Assembly: GCA_046754465.1 (NCBI GenBank) | Contig: JBHHVU010000008.1 | Coordinates: forward strand, 1 to 64,000 | DNA length: 64,000 nucleotides | From: Nitrospinaceae bacterium | GTDB taxonomy: Bacteria > Nitrospinota > Nitrospinia > Nitrospinales > VA-1 | Direction: 5' to 3' | In this document: positions 20,567 through 29,991 of the stretch, piece by piece | Layout: each line of letters opens with the position of its first letter | Numbering within the stretch: the stretch's first letter is position 1 | Program-made: the position numbers and the translations under genes | Notes under the pieces: model-generated | Databases searched by the model: none | Seen by the model: only the letters and a program-made list of their open reading frames with translations | Told to the model about the DNA's origin: nothing

Positions 20567-20923
20567 ATGGATCCCGAACTTATAGAAAAGATCACGGCAT
20601 CTCCTTCACTGCCCTGGGTATTCACCGCGATCGGGTTTCATGTCATCAACGCATTTCTGGGGACCTTCATGGCATTCGTGGATCGAACAGACCTCTTGGT
20701 CAAAATCCACCGATGGGTGTATATCAGTGTCCTGGTTAGTCTGGCGGGTTTCCTGGTTCTCAATCATATCCACTCGGCCAATACTCCATGGGACTATCTT
20801 ATATTTATTTACTTTATCACAATCATCCCGATCAGCAAACGTTGGGATGTTCTCGTGCATGCGCTTTTTTCTATCGTGGGCCTGACGCTGCTTCCCGTGC
20901 TGATTCTTTTGCAACTGTTTTGA
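20567..20923 (+). CDS. Small integral membrane protein (about 4 TM)
   Basis: 118 aa, four hydrophobic segments, fills the intergenic gap. Confidence 0.72.
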   Translation: MDPELIEKITASPSLPWVFTAIGFHVINAFLGTFMAFVDRTDLLVKIHRWVYISVLVSLAGFLVLNHIHSANTPWDYLIFIYFITIIPISKRWDVLVHALFSIVGLTLLPVLILLQLF

Positions 20924-21107
20924 ACTTTCCTCCTTGATGAATCATGATGCCGCGGATGGGTGACATTTTTGTGGCGTTGAGGATATTTTTGTTTTCCGGC
21001 GGGAACCTGGAAAAATCAATAATGGGTTGCGGACAACCGGGAACTTTTAGTAGGAGGAGTATACGGGGAAGGGTAAAACGATAAATAAACCGTTGTTTAT
21101 TTACAGA

Positions 21108-21413
21108 TCACTCCTGGACGGCGGATTTGACGGTGATATCGCCATAGACTTTAGCCCGGCACCCCAGCTTCTGGTTGGGTCCGAGCTTGTGGAGTTTTTC
21201 GATGAAGGTTTGGGGATCGACGTTTTCCATGGGTTCGACTTCGATAAGGCAGGTGCCGCAGACTCCCATTCCCCGACAGTTGAGGTACTTATTCATTCCC
21301 CGGTAGATCTCGATATCTTTATAGGCCGCGGCTTGGCGCAAATTGGCCCCATAGCCGGCCTTGAAGGTAGTGGTCTCGTTGGTCTCGGTATTGTGTACGG
21401 TTATTTTCGGCAT
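21108..21413 (-). CDS. [2Fe-2S] ferredoxin
   Basis: NCRGMGVCGTC...KLGC (C-x4-C-x2-C...C). Start trimmed to MPKITV. Confidence 0.9.
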   Translation of the reverse strand: MPKITVHNTETNETTTFKAGYGANLRQAAAYKDIEIYRGMNKYLNCRGMGVCGTCLIEVEPMENVDPQTFIEKLHKLGPNQKLGCRAKVYGDITVKSAVQE

Positions 21414-21503
21414 AGCAAAAAACTTTCCCCCGATACATCGATCCGTTGTTAGCCCGTTTGCATGAAGGGGTAATTCTGCATGAGAATAGAAAAAAGTCAA
21501 TCC

Positions 21504-23336
21504 TTAAATCGAATAATTGTGTCCCACGAGGATTTTTTTGCTCTTCAAGTATTTGTAAATCTTGCCGGCGGCCTCGGCTTCATTTTTGGCCTCCTTCGGG
21601 GTGAGAACCACATCCGATTTGGCCATCGGGCCGGGGGTGTTGGTGATCTGGATATCTACGACGGGGTAAGGTTCCGCGAGCAGGCGGATGTCGGCATCCT
21701 CCTCCTGGTTGAACGCATTGGAAGTGGAAATCACCACATGTCCCGCGTCGAGGAAGAGTTTGGCGACTTCGCCGAACCGGCGCACCGTTTCTCCATCGGA
21801 ATAGGAATGTTCCTTTTCATTGATGTCCGCCGCGACTCCCAGACGTACATTTCGTCTGTCGAGGAGGTAGCTCTGGAAATTCAGTTTAAAAAGTTTTTCC
21901 TCCAGGTGCCGGGCGAGGTTGGCTTTCCCGATTCCGCTCTCGCCGGAGATGAGGATGAGGGCGGCCCGGTGCCCGTTGCGGTAAGCCCGTTCCTCGGATT
22001 TGATGTTACTTTGCACCCAGTTGAAGTTGCGGTACCGAATCTCCTGCCTCAGTTTATCCTCTTTATTGGAGGGGGTGTAGGTGATGATGATTCCGCCGCC
22101 GCAAACGTCGTATTCATCGACCATGACGAACCGCCCGGTGGTAGCGCTGGAGCCGAACAGATCAAAAACCACCGGTTTCCGTGTTTTCAAGGTGATTTCC
22201 CCCACATCATTTTTGGCAATGAAATCTTGATCGGCGAGGGTTTCCAAGGTGGAGGCATCGATGACCCGCTTGAATTCCACCACCTCGCAGGGCACCTCCT
22301 GGGTGGTCAGTTTCAAGGTATAGGTTTTTCCTTTTTCCAGCCGCCGTTTTCCCATCCAGAACAGGTTGACGTCGAAGGTGCTGGACACGATGGGTAATTC
22401 GTCGACCCGGCTGGCCAGGTCGCCGCGTTCCACGAAAATCTGGTCCTCCAGGGTGAAGCCAATGGATTGAGAAGCCTGCGCCTCGACCGGGGGTTCGTCC
22501 ACGCTCCAGGCTTCGATGGTTTTGACCACACCTTTCTTGTTGGACGGGGAAAATACGAGATGATCCCCCACCTTCAATCTGCCAGCCTCGACCCTTCCGG
22601 CGATGATGCGCCTATGATCGAATTTATACACGTCCTGAACCGGGAAGCGGAACGGGAGATGACTGGGCGGAGCTTTTTCCTCGAACTGGTCCAGCATTTC
22701 CAGGATCGTTGGTCCCTTGTACCAGGGCATTTCGTTATCGCGTTTGGCGATGTTGACTCCCTGTTTGGCGGAAACGGGGATGAATGCCCGGGCCTCGACT
22801 CCCAGGGATTCCAGAAAGGAAACGTATTCGGCCTTGATCCTGAAGAACACTTCCGGATCGTAGTCGACCAGGTCCATTTTGTTGACGACGACCGCCACCT
22901 GGGTGAGGCCGAGCAATTTCAGAATATACCCGTGCCGACGCGTTTGCTCCTGGACCCCCTCGTACGCGTCGATCAAAAGGAGGGCGGTATCCGCGTTGGC
23001 CGCGCCCGTCACCATGTTTTTGAGAAACTCCTTGTGTCCGGGCGCGTCGATGATGACGTAATGCCGTTTCCGGGTTTTGAAAAATATCTGGGACGTGTCG
23101 ATGGTGATCCCCTGGTCCTGCTCCTCTTCAAGAGCGTCGAGCAGGAAGGCGAATTCAAACGCCTTGCCCTGACGTTCGCAGATGTCCTTCACGAAATCCA
23201 GCTTCCCATCGGGCAGACTCCCTGTGTCCGAGAGCAGCCGGCCCACCAGCGTGGATTTGCCGTGATCGACGTGACCGACTATGACCAGCCGCATTTGCCG
23301 TCCGGAAATAGCGGTGGCGCTTCCGTTATCGTTCAT
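21504..23336 (-). CDS. cysN: Sulfate adenylyltransferase large subunit with a C-terminal degenerate APS-kinase-like domain
   Basis: GHVDHGKST, QGITID, DAPGH, NKMD, TGRF. C-terminal CysC-like region. Start overlaps the cysD stop (TAATG). Confidence 0.92.
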   Translation of the reverse strand: MNDNGSATAISGRQMRLVIVGHVDHGKSTLVGRLLSDTGSLPDGKLDFVKDICERQGKAFEFAFLLDALEEEQDQGITIDTSQIFFKTRKRHYVIIDAPGHKEFLKNMVTGAANADTALLLIDAYEGVQEQTRRHGYILKLLGLTQVAVVVNKMDLVDYDPEVFFRIKAEYVSFLESLGVEARAFIPVSAKQGVNIAKRDNEMPWYKGPTILEMLDQFEEKAPPSHLPFRFPVQDVYKFDHRRIIAGRVEAGRLKVGDHLVFSPSNKKGVVKTIEAWSVDEPPVEAQASQSIGFTLEDQIFVERGDLASRVDELPIVSSTFDVNLFWMGKRRLEKGKTYTLKLTTQEVPCEVVEFKRVIDASTLETLADQDFIAKNDVGEITLKTRKPVVFDLFGSSATTGRFVMVDEYDVCGGGIIITYTPSNKEDKLRQEIRYRNFNWVQSNIKSEERAYRNGHRAALILISGESGIGKANLARHLEEKLFKLNFQSYLLDRRNVRLGVAADINEKEHSYSDGETVRRFGEVAKLFLDAGHVVISTSNAFNQEEDADIRLLAEPYPVVDIQITNTPGPMAKSDVVLTPKEAKNEAEAAGKIYKYLKSKKILVGHNYSI

Positions 23337-24142
23337 TACATGTAACCTCGTGCGCGGAGTTTCTGCATGGCGTAGGTGTCTTCCTGATCCTGCGCCCGGC
23401 CAGAGCGTTCGGCCGTGGTGATTTTGTTTTTCAGTTCGTCGACGATTTCCTCCACGGTGCGGGCGGAGGAATCGATCGAGCCGGTACAGGGTGCGCAACC
23501 CAGGGACCGGTACCGTTTCCCTTCCTCATTGGCGAAATAGAGATCGATGATCGGAATTTTTTCGCGCAGGATGTATTCCCAAACGTTCAATTCGGTCCAG
23601 TGCAGAATCGGATGAATGCGGATGTGGGTGCCTTCCTTGAAGGTGGTTTTGAACTGGTCCCAGAGTTCCGGGGGCTGGTCCTTGAAGTTCCACTCGAAAT
23701 TTTTGTCGCGCGGGGAAAAATACCTTTCCTTGGCCCGGGTTCCCTCTTCGTCCCGCCGAATCCCCAGGATCAACCCCGTGTAGCCTTTTTCAACCATGAT
23801 CTGGTGCAGTCCCTGGGTTTTCAAGGCCTCGCAGCAAACCATGCGGCCCAGGGTGTGATTCATTCCCTCCTCCAGCGCCTTTTTGTTTTGACCGACAACG
23901 AGGTTCAGGTTCCATTCCTTTGCCACTCGGTCGCGGTACTCGATCATCGAGGGAATTTTGTAACTGGTATCGATGTGGACCAACGGAATGGGGCAGTGTC
24001 CGAAAAACGCCTTGCGCGCCAGCCACACCAGTACCGTCGAGTCCTTTCCAATGGACCAGAGCATGGCGAGATTTTTGAAATTTTTGTAGGCCTCGCGAAG
24101 AATGAAAATGCTTTGGTTTTCCAGATCGTCCAAATGATCCAT
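23336..24142 (-). CDS. cysD: Sulfate adenylyltransferase small subunit
   Basis: [43 protein letters not shown]. Confidence 0.96.
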   Translation of the reverse strand: MDHLDDLENQSIFILREAYKNFKNLAMLWSIGKDSTVLVWLARKAFFGHCPIPLVHIDTSYKIPSMIEYRDRVAKEWNLNLVVGQNKKALEEGMNHTLGRMVCCEALKTQGLHQIMVEKGYTGLILGIRRDEEGTRAKERYFSPRDKNFEWNFKDQPPELWDQFKTTFKEGTHIRIHPILHWTELNVWEYILREKIPIIDLYFANEEGKRYRSLGCAPCTGSIDSSARTVEEIVDELKNKITTAERSGRAQDQEDTYAMQKLRARGYM

Positions 24143-24354
24143 GGTGGTGCAACCCTTCAGGTTGAATGAAAGTAAATATATGGATAACTACACTTTATCT
24201 CGATGAGGCCGGGGACGCAAGAGTTAAGGTCGAACGCCCAAAAAAGAAACGGTCCGCCCCCGCCGTTCTTGAGTCCTTCCGTCCCTCTGAAAATCCGGGA
24301 ACCTGCCGCGTCCGCCGCGGCGAGGGGATTTCGATTCCCGCGCCCGGGGGGCCG

Positions 24355-25914
24355 TCAGGAAAAATATTTCGTGACCACATCGGGAAATTGACAACGGAGA
24401 CAGTTATTTTCGTTCTGGGTGCAAAAATCCTGGTACACCTGCATCAATCCCTGAATTTGCTTGTCGTTGGAAAGCACCTTAAGCATTTTTTCTTCGTTTC
24501 CGAAGATGTAATGTTTCATGAACCGCATCAGCCTGTTGTCGCTGGTTTTTTTTCCCGATTGGAAAATCCGGTGGAGGGCGGCTTCCAATTCCACCGACTT
24601 GCTTGCCCGGGCATAAATCAAACCAATGGGAATCGCGATGTTGATGATGATTTCCCTGGACCGGGAGGGGCCGATGAGCTGCTGGGCGAGGCGGAGTGGT
24701 TTGCCTCCGGGTGAATAATGGCTGGCCCAGTAATCCGCCGCATCCACGCAAAAGAAATCGTTCAGTGTTCGCGGAACGCGGACAGTATACCCCTTGTTTC
24801 CCGAAAGCGAAATCGCGGATTGAAGTTCCCCGAGATAATCGCCGAACAGGCCGTTCGATTCGTGACGGACGAGGAGATGGGCGAGACCGGCGATTCTTCG
24901 GTAAGGAAAATTCGCGGGGCGGATGCCCCCAAACTTCCAGTCCCGGGCCTCCAGGCGGGACGCGGGAAGCCGCCCGCGGTATAGGTTCCAAATCCCGCGG
25001 ACCTTCTCGAAATAGTTCCGGTCCTTGGTCGGCAGGCCTGCCGTGTCGAAGGATTTAGAATCGATCAGGCCGGCCATGCCAAACAAAAGGGCTTGAAGAT
25101 GAATCAACTTCCCCGGTTTCCCGATCCTGGACGGAATAAGTTTCTTCAGGGCGGCCAGCGGCAGGGTCTCCGCCAGGGTCTGGAAGGGCTCCTTATTGTT
25201 GGGATAACCGAGCGCTTCCGCGACCCCTTCGTACAGGGTTTGTTCATAACCGTTGATGATGACCCGGTCGTGGAACCGCTCCATCTTCCTGAAGACGCGG
25301 GCATCGCCCGCGGCGTTCAGCAAGTGCGCCAGTTTTTCCTGGGAAAGCTTCGACAGGGGTTTGTGGCAAAGCCCGTAATTGAATTGGTGCAGGACCGGAT
25401 AGCTGTCAAAATCCAACTCGTCGGTCAGTTCCATAATTCCCTTGGTCAAATAATCTTTTAATTCCAGTTCATAAATAAATTCGCCGGGCTGGGGATGGGG
25501 TTTTTGGGGGATGCGGTGGTGGGCGGGGCGGCGTTTCCCTCGTCCCTTCCACAGAAATACATGCAGGACGACCTTGTCAAAATCGGGATTGGCGGAATGG
25601 CCGTGCGTTTTCCAGTCCGTCGAATAGACATGGATTTCCACATCGCCTTCGTAAGTGATTCCATTTACCTTGATCACGGCGGATCTGAAATCCGGCCCCG
25701 GGCCAAAGTTCCAATATCCCGGGAACAGGATTTCCAGGTTTTCCTGGTCCGTGGTTTTCAAGGCCCCTGAATGGAACAGCTGATCGTTCCAAATACAGCG
25801 GATCGTTTTTTCTGGAACACGGACCCCGGTTTCCTCCTCGCGGACCTGCACCTGGGAAAACCAGTGGGTGAATTGGAGATAAATTTCCGAGAACAGCTCT
25901 TGCGTGGCGATCAT
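24355..25914 (-). CDS. DUF2851-family protein
   Basis: GPDF...GDVEIH...DWKTHGH...VVLHV, RPANFPYRRIA, C-terminal CxxC. ATG overlaps the cysS stop (ATGA). Confidence 0.8.
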   Translation of the reverse strand: MIATQELFSEIYLQFTHWFSQVQVREEETGVRVPEKTIRCIWNDQLFHSGALKTTDQENLEILFPGYWNFGPGPDFRSAVIKVNGITYEGDVEIHVYSTDWKTHGHSANPDFDKVVLHVFLWKGRGKRRPAHHRIPQKPHPQPGEFIYELELKDYLTKGIMELTDELDFDSYPVLHQFNYGLCHKPLSKLSQEKLAHLLNAAGDARVFRKMERFHDRVIINGYEQTLYEGVAEALGYPNNKEPFQTLAETLPLAALKKLIPSRIGKPGKLIHLQALLFGMAGLIDSKSFDTAGLPTKDRNYFEKVRGIWNLYRGRLPASRLEARDWKFGGIRPANFPYRRIAGLAHLLVRHESNGLFGDYLGELQSAISLSGNKGYTVRVPRTLNDFFCVDAADYWASHYSPGGKPLRLAQQLIGPSRSREIIINIAIPIGLIYARASKSVELEAALHRIFQSGKKTSDNRLMRFMKHYIFGNEEKMLKVLSNDKQIQGLMQVYQDFCTQNENNCLRCQFPDVVTKYFS

Positions 25915-27362
25915 TGGAGTTTCCATTCCGTGCCGTGCGGCGTGTCCTCCAGGACAACGCCCATCTGGGCGAGTTGGTCCCGGCATTGATCGGCCCGGCT
26001 CCAATCCCTGGATTTCCTGGCGGCGTTTCTCTGGGCGATGAGTTCCTCGATCTTTTTGGTATCCAGGTGGCGTTCGCGGTTTTTCAACTCAAAGAGTTCC
26101 GCGCGGTATTGTTCGGGGCTTCTGAAAAACAGGCCCAGCACACGGCCGGACTCTTCCAGGGCTTTCCGGCTGATGCCGAGAGCCTCCAGTGGGTTGGGGC
26201 CGCCGGTGGGTTCATGGACCTGTTTGTTCAGGCGCCGCAGTTCCTCGTTCATGTGGGCCAGGGCCACGGCGGTATTGAAGTCGTCGTTCATCGCCGCCTC
26301 GAATTTCTGAATGAAGGGATAATCACGAAGTTTTTCCCGCGAACCGTGGACCGGATGCCCATTTTTTTCCTTGATAATTTCATCGGCGGCAGCCAAGCCT
26401 TCATAAAACCGGGTCAGCACTTTTTCGGCGTCCCGCAGGTTGTCCTCGGAAAAATCAATGGGGTTTCGGTAATGGCTGCTGATCAGAAAGAGTCTCAGGA
26501 CTTCCGGGTGGTGTTGTTTATAAATTTCCCGGATGGTGAAGAAATTGCCCAGCGATTTGGACATTTTCTCCTTGTCGATATTGACGAATCCGTTGTGTAT
26601 CCAGAACCGGACAGGCGGTTTCCCCGAAGCCCCCCGGGATTGGGCAATTTCATTTTCGTGGTGGGGGAAGATCAGGTCCTTTCCGCCGCCGTGGATATCG
26701 AAGGTTTCTCCCAGATATTTCCTTCCCATCGCCGAACATTCGATGTGCCAACCGGGACGGCCCGGACCCCAGGGACTCTCCCATGCCGGTTCTTCCGGCT
26801 TGCTCCGTTTCCACAAGGCGAAATCGAGGGGATCGCGTTTGTTTGCGTTCACTTCCACACGCGCCCCGGCTAAAAGATCCTCGGTGTTTTTTCCCGAAAG
26901 CCTGCCGTAATCCTGGAAGGCCTTGACGGAAAAGAAAACGTCTCCATTCGCTTCATAGGCCATCTCCTTATCGATGAGGGAGCGGATCATCCCGATCATT
27001 TCGGGGATATGGTCGGTGGCCTTGGGTTCCAGGGTGGGTTCCGCGATATTCAGTTTCCCCATGTCTTCATAAAAGGCATCGATGTATTTTCGGGTCAGTT
27101 CCGTCCAGAGGATGTTTTCTTCCTGGGCTCTTTTGATGATCTTGTCGTCGATATCCGTGAAGTTCCGGGCGTAGGTCACCTCGTATCCCAGGTATTTCAA
27201 ATACCGGTAGATGGTATCGAAAACGGCCGCCGCCCGTGCGTGCCCCACATGGCAGAAATCGTAAACGGTGACGCCACAGACGTACATTCCGACCCGGTTG
27301 TCCCGGATCGGGATGAAGGCCTCCTTTTGCCTCGACAGGGAGTTGTAGATACGTAAACTCAT
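25911..27362 (-). CDS. cysS: Cysteine--tRNA ligase
   Basis: YVCGVTVYDFCHVGH, GRPGWHIECS, FPHHENE, KMSKS. Confidence 0.98.
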   Translation of the reverse strand: MSLRIYNSLSRQKEAFIPIRDNRVGMYVCGVTVYDFCHVGHARAAAVFDTIYRYLKYLGYEVTYARNFTDIDDKIIKRAQEENILWTELTRKYIDAFYEDMGKLNIAEPTLEPKATDHIPEMIGMIRSLIDKEMAYEANGDVFFSVKAFQDYGRLSGKNTEDLLAGARVEVNANKRDPLDFALWKRSKPEEPAWESPWGPGRPGWHIECSAMGRKYLGETFDIHGGGKDLIFPHHENEIAQSRGASGKPPVRFWIHNGFVNIDKEKMSKSLGNFFTIREIYKQHHPEVLRLFLISSHYRNPIDFSEDNLRDAEKVLTRFYEGLAAADEIIKEKNGHPVHGSREKLRDYPFIQKFEAAMNDDFNTAVALAHMNEELRRLNKQVHEPTGGPNPLEALGISRKALEESGRVLGLFFRSPEQYRAELFELKNRERHLDTKKIEELIAQRNAARKSRDWSRADQCRDQLAQMGVVLEDTPHGTEWKLQ

Positions 27363-27511
27363 GGCAGTCAAATTAGCATTCCCCCGCGGGCAAAGTCAAA
27401 AAAAAGCTCTGGTGATTAAAAGAGACCGATTGGACGCAAAACTATCCGGAAAACGGCTGTGGGGTAGAATATGGAAATATCACGGAAATGTGCCGGAAGA
27501 GGGGTTCCCCC

Positions 27512-29479
27512 TCACTTTTTCGTAAAATCCGGGTTCAGGCGGGCTTGGAGTTCCCGGACGTTGTTGCGCAGTTGGCTGATGGCGGTTTTCACTTTATTTT
27601 TCAGGGAGGCTTCGGTGACGTCTCCCTTGGAAACCCCGATCCCTTGAATTTGTTTGCGAATATCGTCCAGTTTTTTTTCCAGAAAGAGACTGCGTTTCAT
27701 ACTGAAGCTTTTGGCGATGGCCCCTTTCAATCCCTCCCCGGCATAGTGCTTGGTGACGGCCATGAGGGCTCTCTTGGTGGGAATGGATTTCTTTCCCTCG
27801 CTCCAGCCTATTACGGCCTCGTTCAATTCCTTTTCGATATTGTCCACGACGGCATCGTAATCGATGGGATCGACCAGGTCGTTGATATCACCGGGGTTGG
27901 AATCTGTCTTTATATCGAAATTAAGAGTTTGACCGGTCCCCTTAAGGTCGACGGACTTGATATTGGCTTCCACCTCCTCCGGCTTGAGGCGGGGGTGCCA
28001 GACATACAGGAGGTACGCCTGGCTTTTCACGTGGTCGAAGGAATACTCTCCCTTGGCATCGGGTTGGGCATAATATCCGTTCGGCACCACGAAAAGAGTT
28101 CCAAACATGCTTTTGTGAAGGTTGCATCGAAGGACGACGGGTCCCGCCTGGGTCATCTTGATACTCTTGGATGCGCCCCCGGCCATCGCCCCCAGGTTGA
28201 ACTGGTTGTTCCGGGACTTGGAATAAATATTATGCACCTCCACGTCTTCGTTGACGAAGGTAACGGTGGACCCCACGGGGATCACTGTGTGCTCGGGCAG
28301 AAAATGCAGGTCCTTTTGGCGGATCGTGAATTCCCCTGCTTTCTGTCCGGGAACCTTGAGTTTGGTATTGGTCTCCAGCAACACCACCCCGGGAGAGGAC
28401 AGAGGTTTTCCATTGAGCAGGATTTTTCCGCTGATGGAAGTGGTTTCCTTGGTTGTTTTGGACCCCTCCATCTTCTGGCCGGATTTTTCGGGTTTTTTCG
28501 CAACCTCGGTTGGTTCCGGAGGGGGTGCCGGGACGGTTTTAGCTTCCTGGACCGGTTCCTGTTTTTTGGACGGCTCGCCGAATTTTTTGGAAGAAGAGGG
28601 TTGATACCGGCCCAGGGCGGTCAAAAGCTGAATCACGAACGGTTTTTCAAAACTCTTGTCGATCGCGATGGCTTTTTCAAAATGCGGGGCGGCCTCCTCG
28701 AATTTCTTCTGCAAACTGAGAACCACGCCCAGGTTGAAGTAGGCGGGAGCAAACTGGGGTTGCAAGGCAATGGCCTTGCGGTAGCTTTCTATTTCCTGAT
28801 CGTATAATTTTTTCTGGCCGTAGCCTTTGCCCAGGTAGTTGTAGGCCGTGAAATGCTTAGGATCCAATTCAACGGTTTTTTTGAACAACCGGATCGCTTC
28901 ATCCGAATTTCTTTCCTGCAGGGCCGACATGCCCCAGTTGAAGGTGATTTCGGCGTCCTTGGGGGCCAGTTCATGGGCGCGGGCGAATTTTTTGTTGGCC
29001 CCCTTGTATTTTTTCTGCATCTTGAGCGCCGTGGCCCAAATGGAGAATACCTCCGGGGAATTGGGACTGATCCCGGCGGCCTTTTCAAATTCCATCTCGC
29101 CTGCGTTGAATTTCCCCTGTTCCGTCAATTCGATGCCCCGGGAAATGTGTTCCATGGTTTTCCGCGGGAGATTGCCACCCGGGGCGGGAAGGTCCCCGGT
29201 TTCCTCCGGCGGATCCGATTCGTGGGAAATTTTATCCAGGTCCAGGGGCGGGGAGGATTCCTGCGTCTCTTCCGCCGTGGCCGAGGTTTTCTGAAACGGG
29301 GTGTATGGTTCCAGTTGGCTGGCGGGAACCGAGAATTTCATCAGCGCCCAAAGTCCAATGCCGATCAATCCTGTCCAGAACAGGGGCTGGCCCACCCGTT
29401 TCCATAGCGGCTGGGATTTCCAGGGCTTTGAGTCCATTCTCGCGCCGGATTTTTTTCTTTTAATTTTTTTGGGGCTCAT
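27512..29479 (-). CDS. Membrane-anchored TPR + cupredoxin-domain protein
   Basis: Basic N-terminus with one TM helix, about 5 TPRs, P/E/K linker, beta-sandwich with HNIY...CNLHKSM, helical C-terminal domain. Confidence 0.8.
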   Translation of the reverse strand: MSPKKIKRKKSGARMDSKPWKSQPLWKRVGQPLFWTGLIGIGLWALMKFSVPASQLEPYTPFQKTSATAEETQESSPPLDLDKISHESDPPEETGDLPAPGGNLPRKTMEHISRGIELTEQGKFNAGEMEFEKAAGISPNSPEVFSIWATALKMQKKYKGANKKFARAHELAPKDAEITFNWGMSALQERNSDEAIRLFKKTVELDPKHFTAYNYLGKGYGQKKLYDQEIESYRKAIALQPQFAPAYFNLGVVLSLQKKFEEAAPHFEKAIAIDKSFEKPFVIQLLTALGRYQPSSSKKFGEPSKKQEPVQEAKTVPAPPPEPTEVAKKPEKSGQKMEGSKTTKETTSISGKILLNGKPLSSPGVVLLETNTKLKVPGQKAGEFTIRQKDLHFLPEHTVIPVGSTVTFVNEDVEVHNIYSKSRNNQFNLGAMAGGASKSIKMTQAGPVVLRCNLHKSMFGTLFVVPNGYYAQPDAKGEYSFDHVKSQAYLLYVWHPRLKPEEVEANIKSVDLKGTGQTLNFDIKTDSNPGDINDLVDPIDYDAVVDNIEKELNEAVIGWSEGKKSIPTKRALMAVTKHYAGEGLKGAIAKSFSMKRSLFLEKKLDDIRKQIQGIGVSKGDVTEASLKNKVKTAISQLRNNVRELQARLNPDFTKK

Positions 29480-29550
29480 GGGAATCGGGAAAATTTCCTC
29501 TCGGGGCCGGTTTCAGGACCGGATCATTAAAGTATCAATTCATTCAGAAG

Positions 29551-29820
29551 CTATTCAGCCCCTCCCACCTTATAATCCGAGGCCAGCCTGGGTTGGGGGA
29601 GCTTGAAAATATCCGTGTTAGGCAGTTCGTCGAACGTCACCGGTTTCTTTTTGGATGCGGCGGAGACGCCTTGTATTTTCGAGGAAAAAGTGGAGAGCCT
29701 GGGTGTCACTCGCGGTGAATCACATTCCGGACAGATGGTTTCCTCTTTTTTCGCGCTGGTGGGTTGCAGAAGAGTAAACTCCTTTTGGCATTCCTCACAA
29801 TAATATTCATAAAGGGGCAT
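29551..29820 (-). CDS. FmdB-family zinc-ribbon protein
   Basis: MPLYEYYCEECQKEF...CPECDS. Confidence 0.88.
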   Translation of the reverse strand: MPLYEYYCEECQKEFTLLQPTSAKKEETICPECDSPRVTPRLSTFSSKIQGVSAASKKKPVTFDELPNTDIFKLPQPRLASDYKVGGAE

Positions 29821-29991
29821 GCGGTTCCTCGAACGCAAATTAATTATCTGGTTGAAAAATGACGGATATTAGGATTAAATCATAGCACCAAACAGCCTGT
29901 CAATGGATTTTAGAACCTTTGGTTCCGTTCCGCAAGGGGCGGGAGCCTCCCCTGCACCCGGAAAAATCCGGAAATTCGCCGGTTTTATCAA

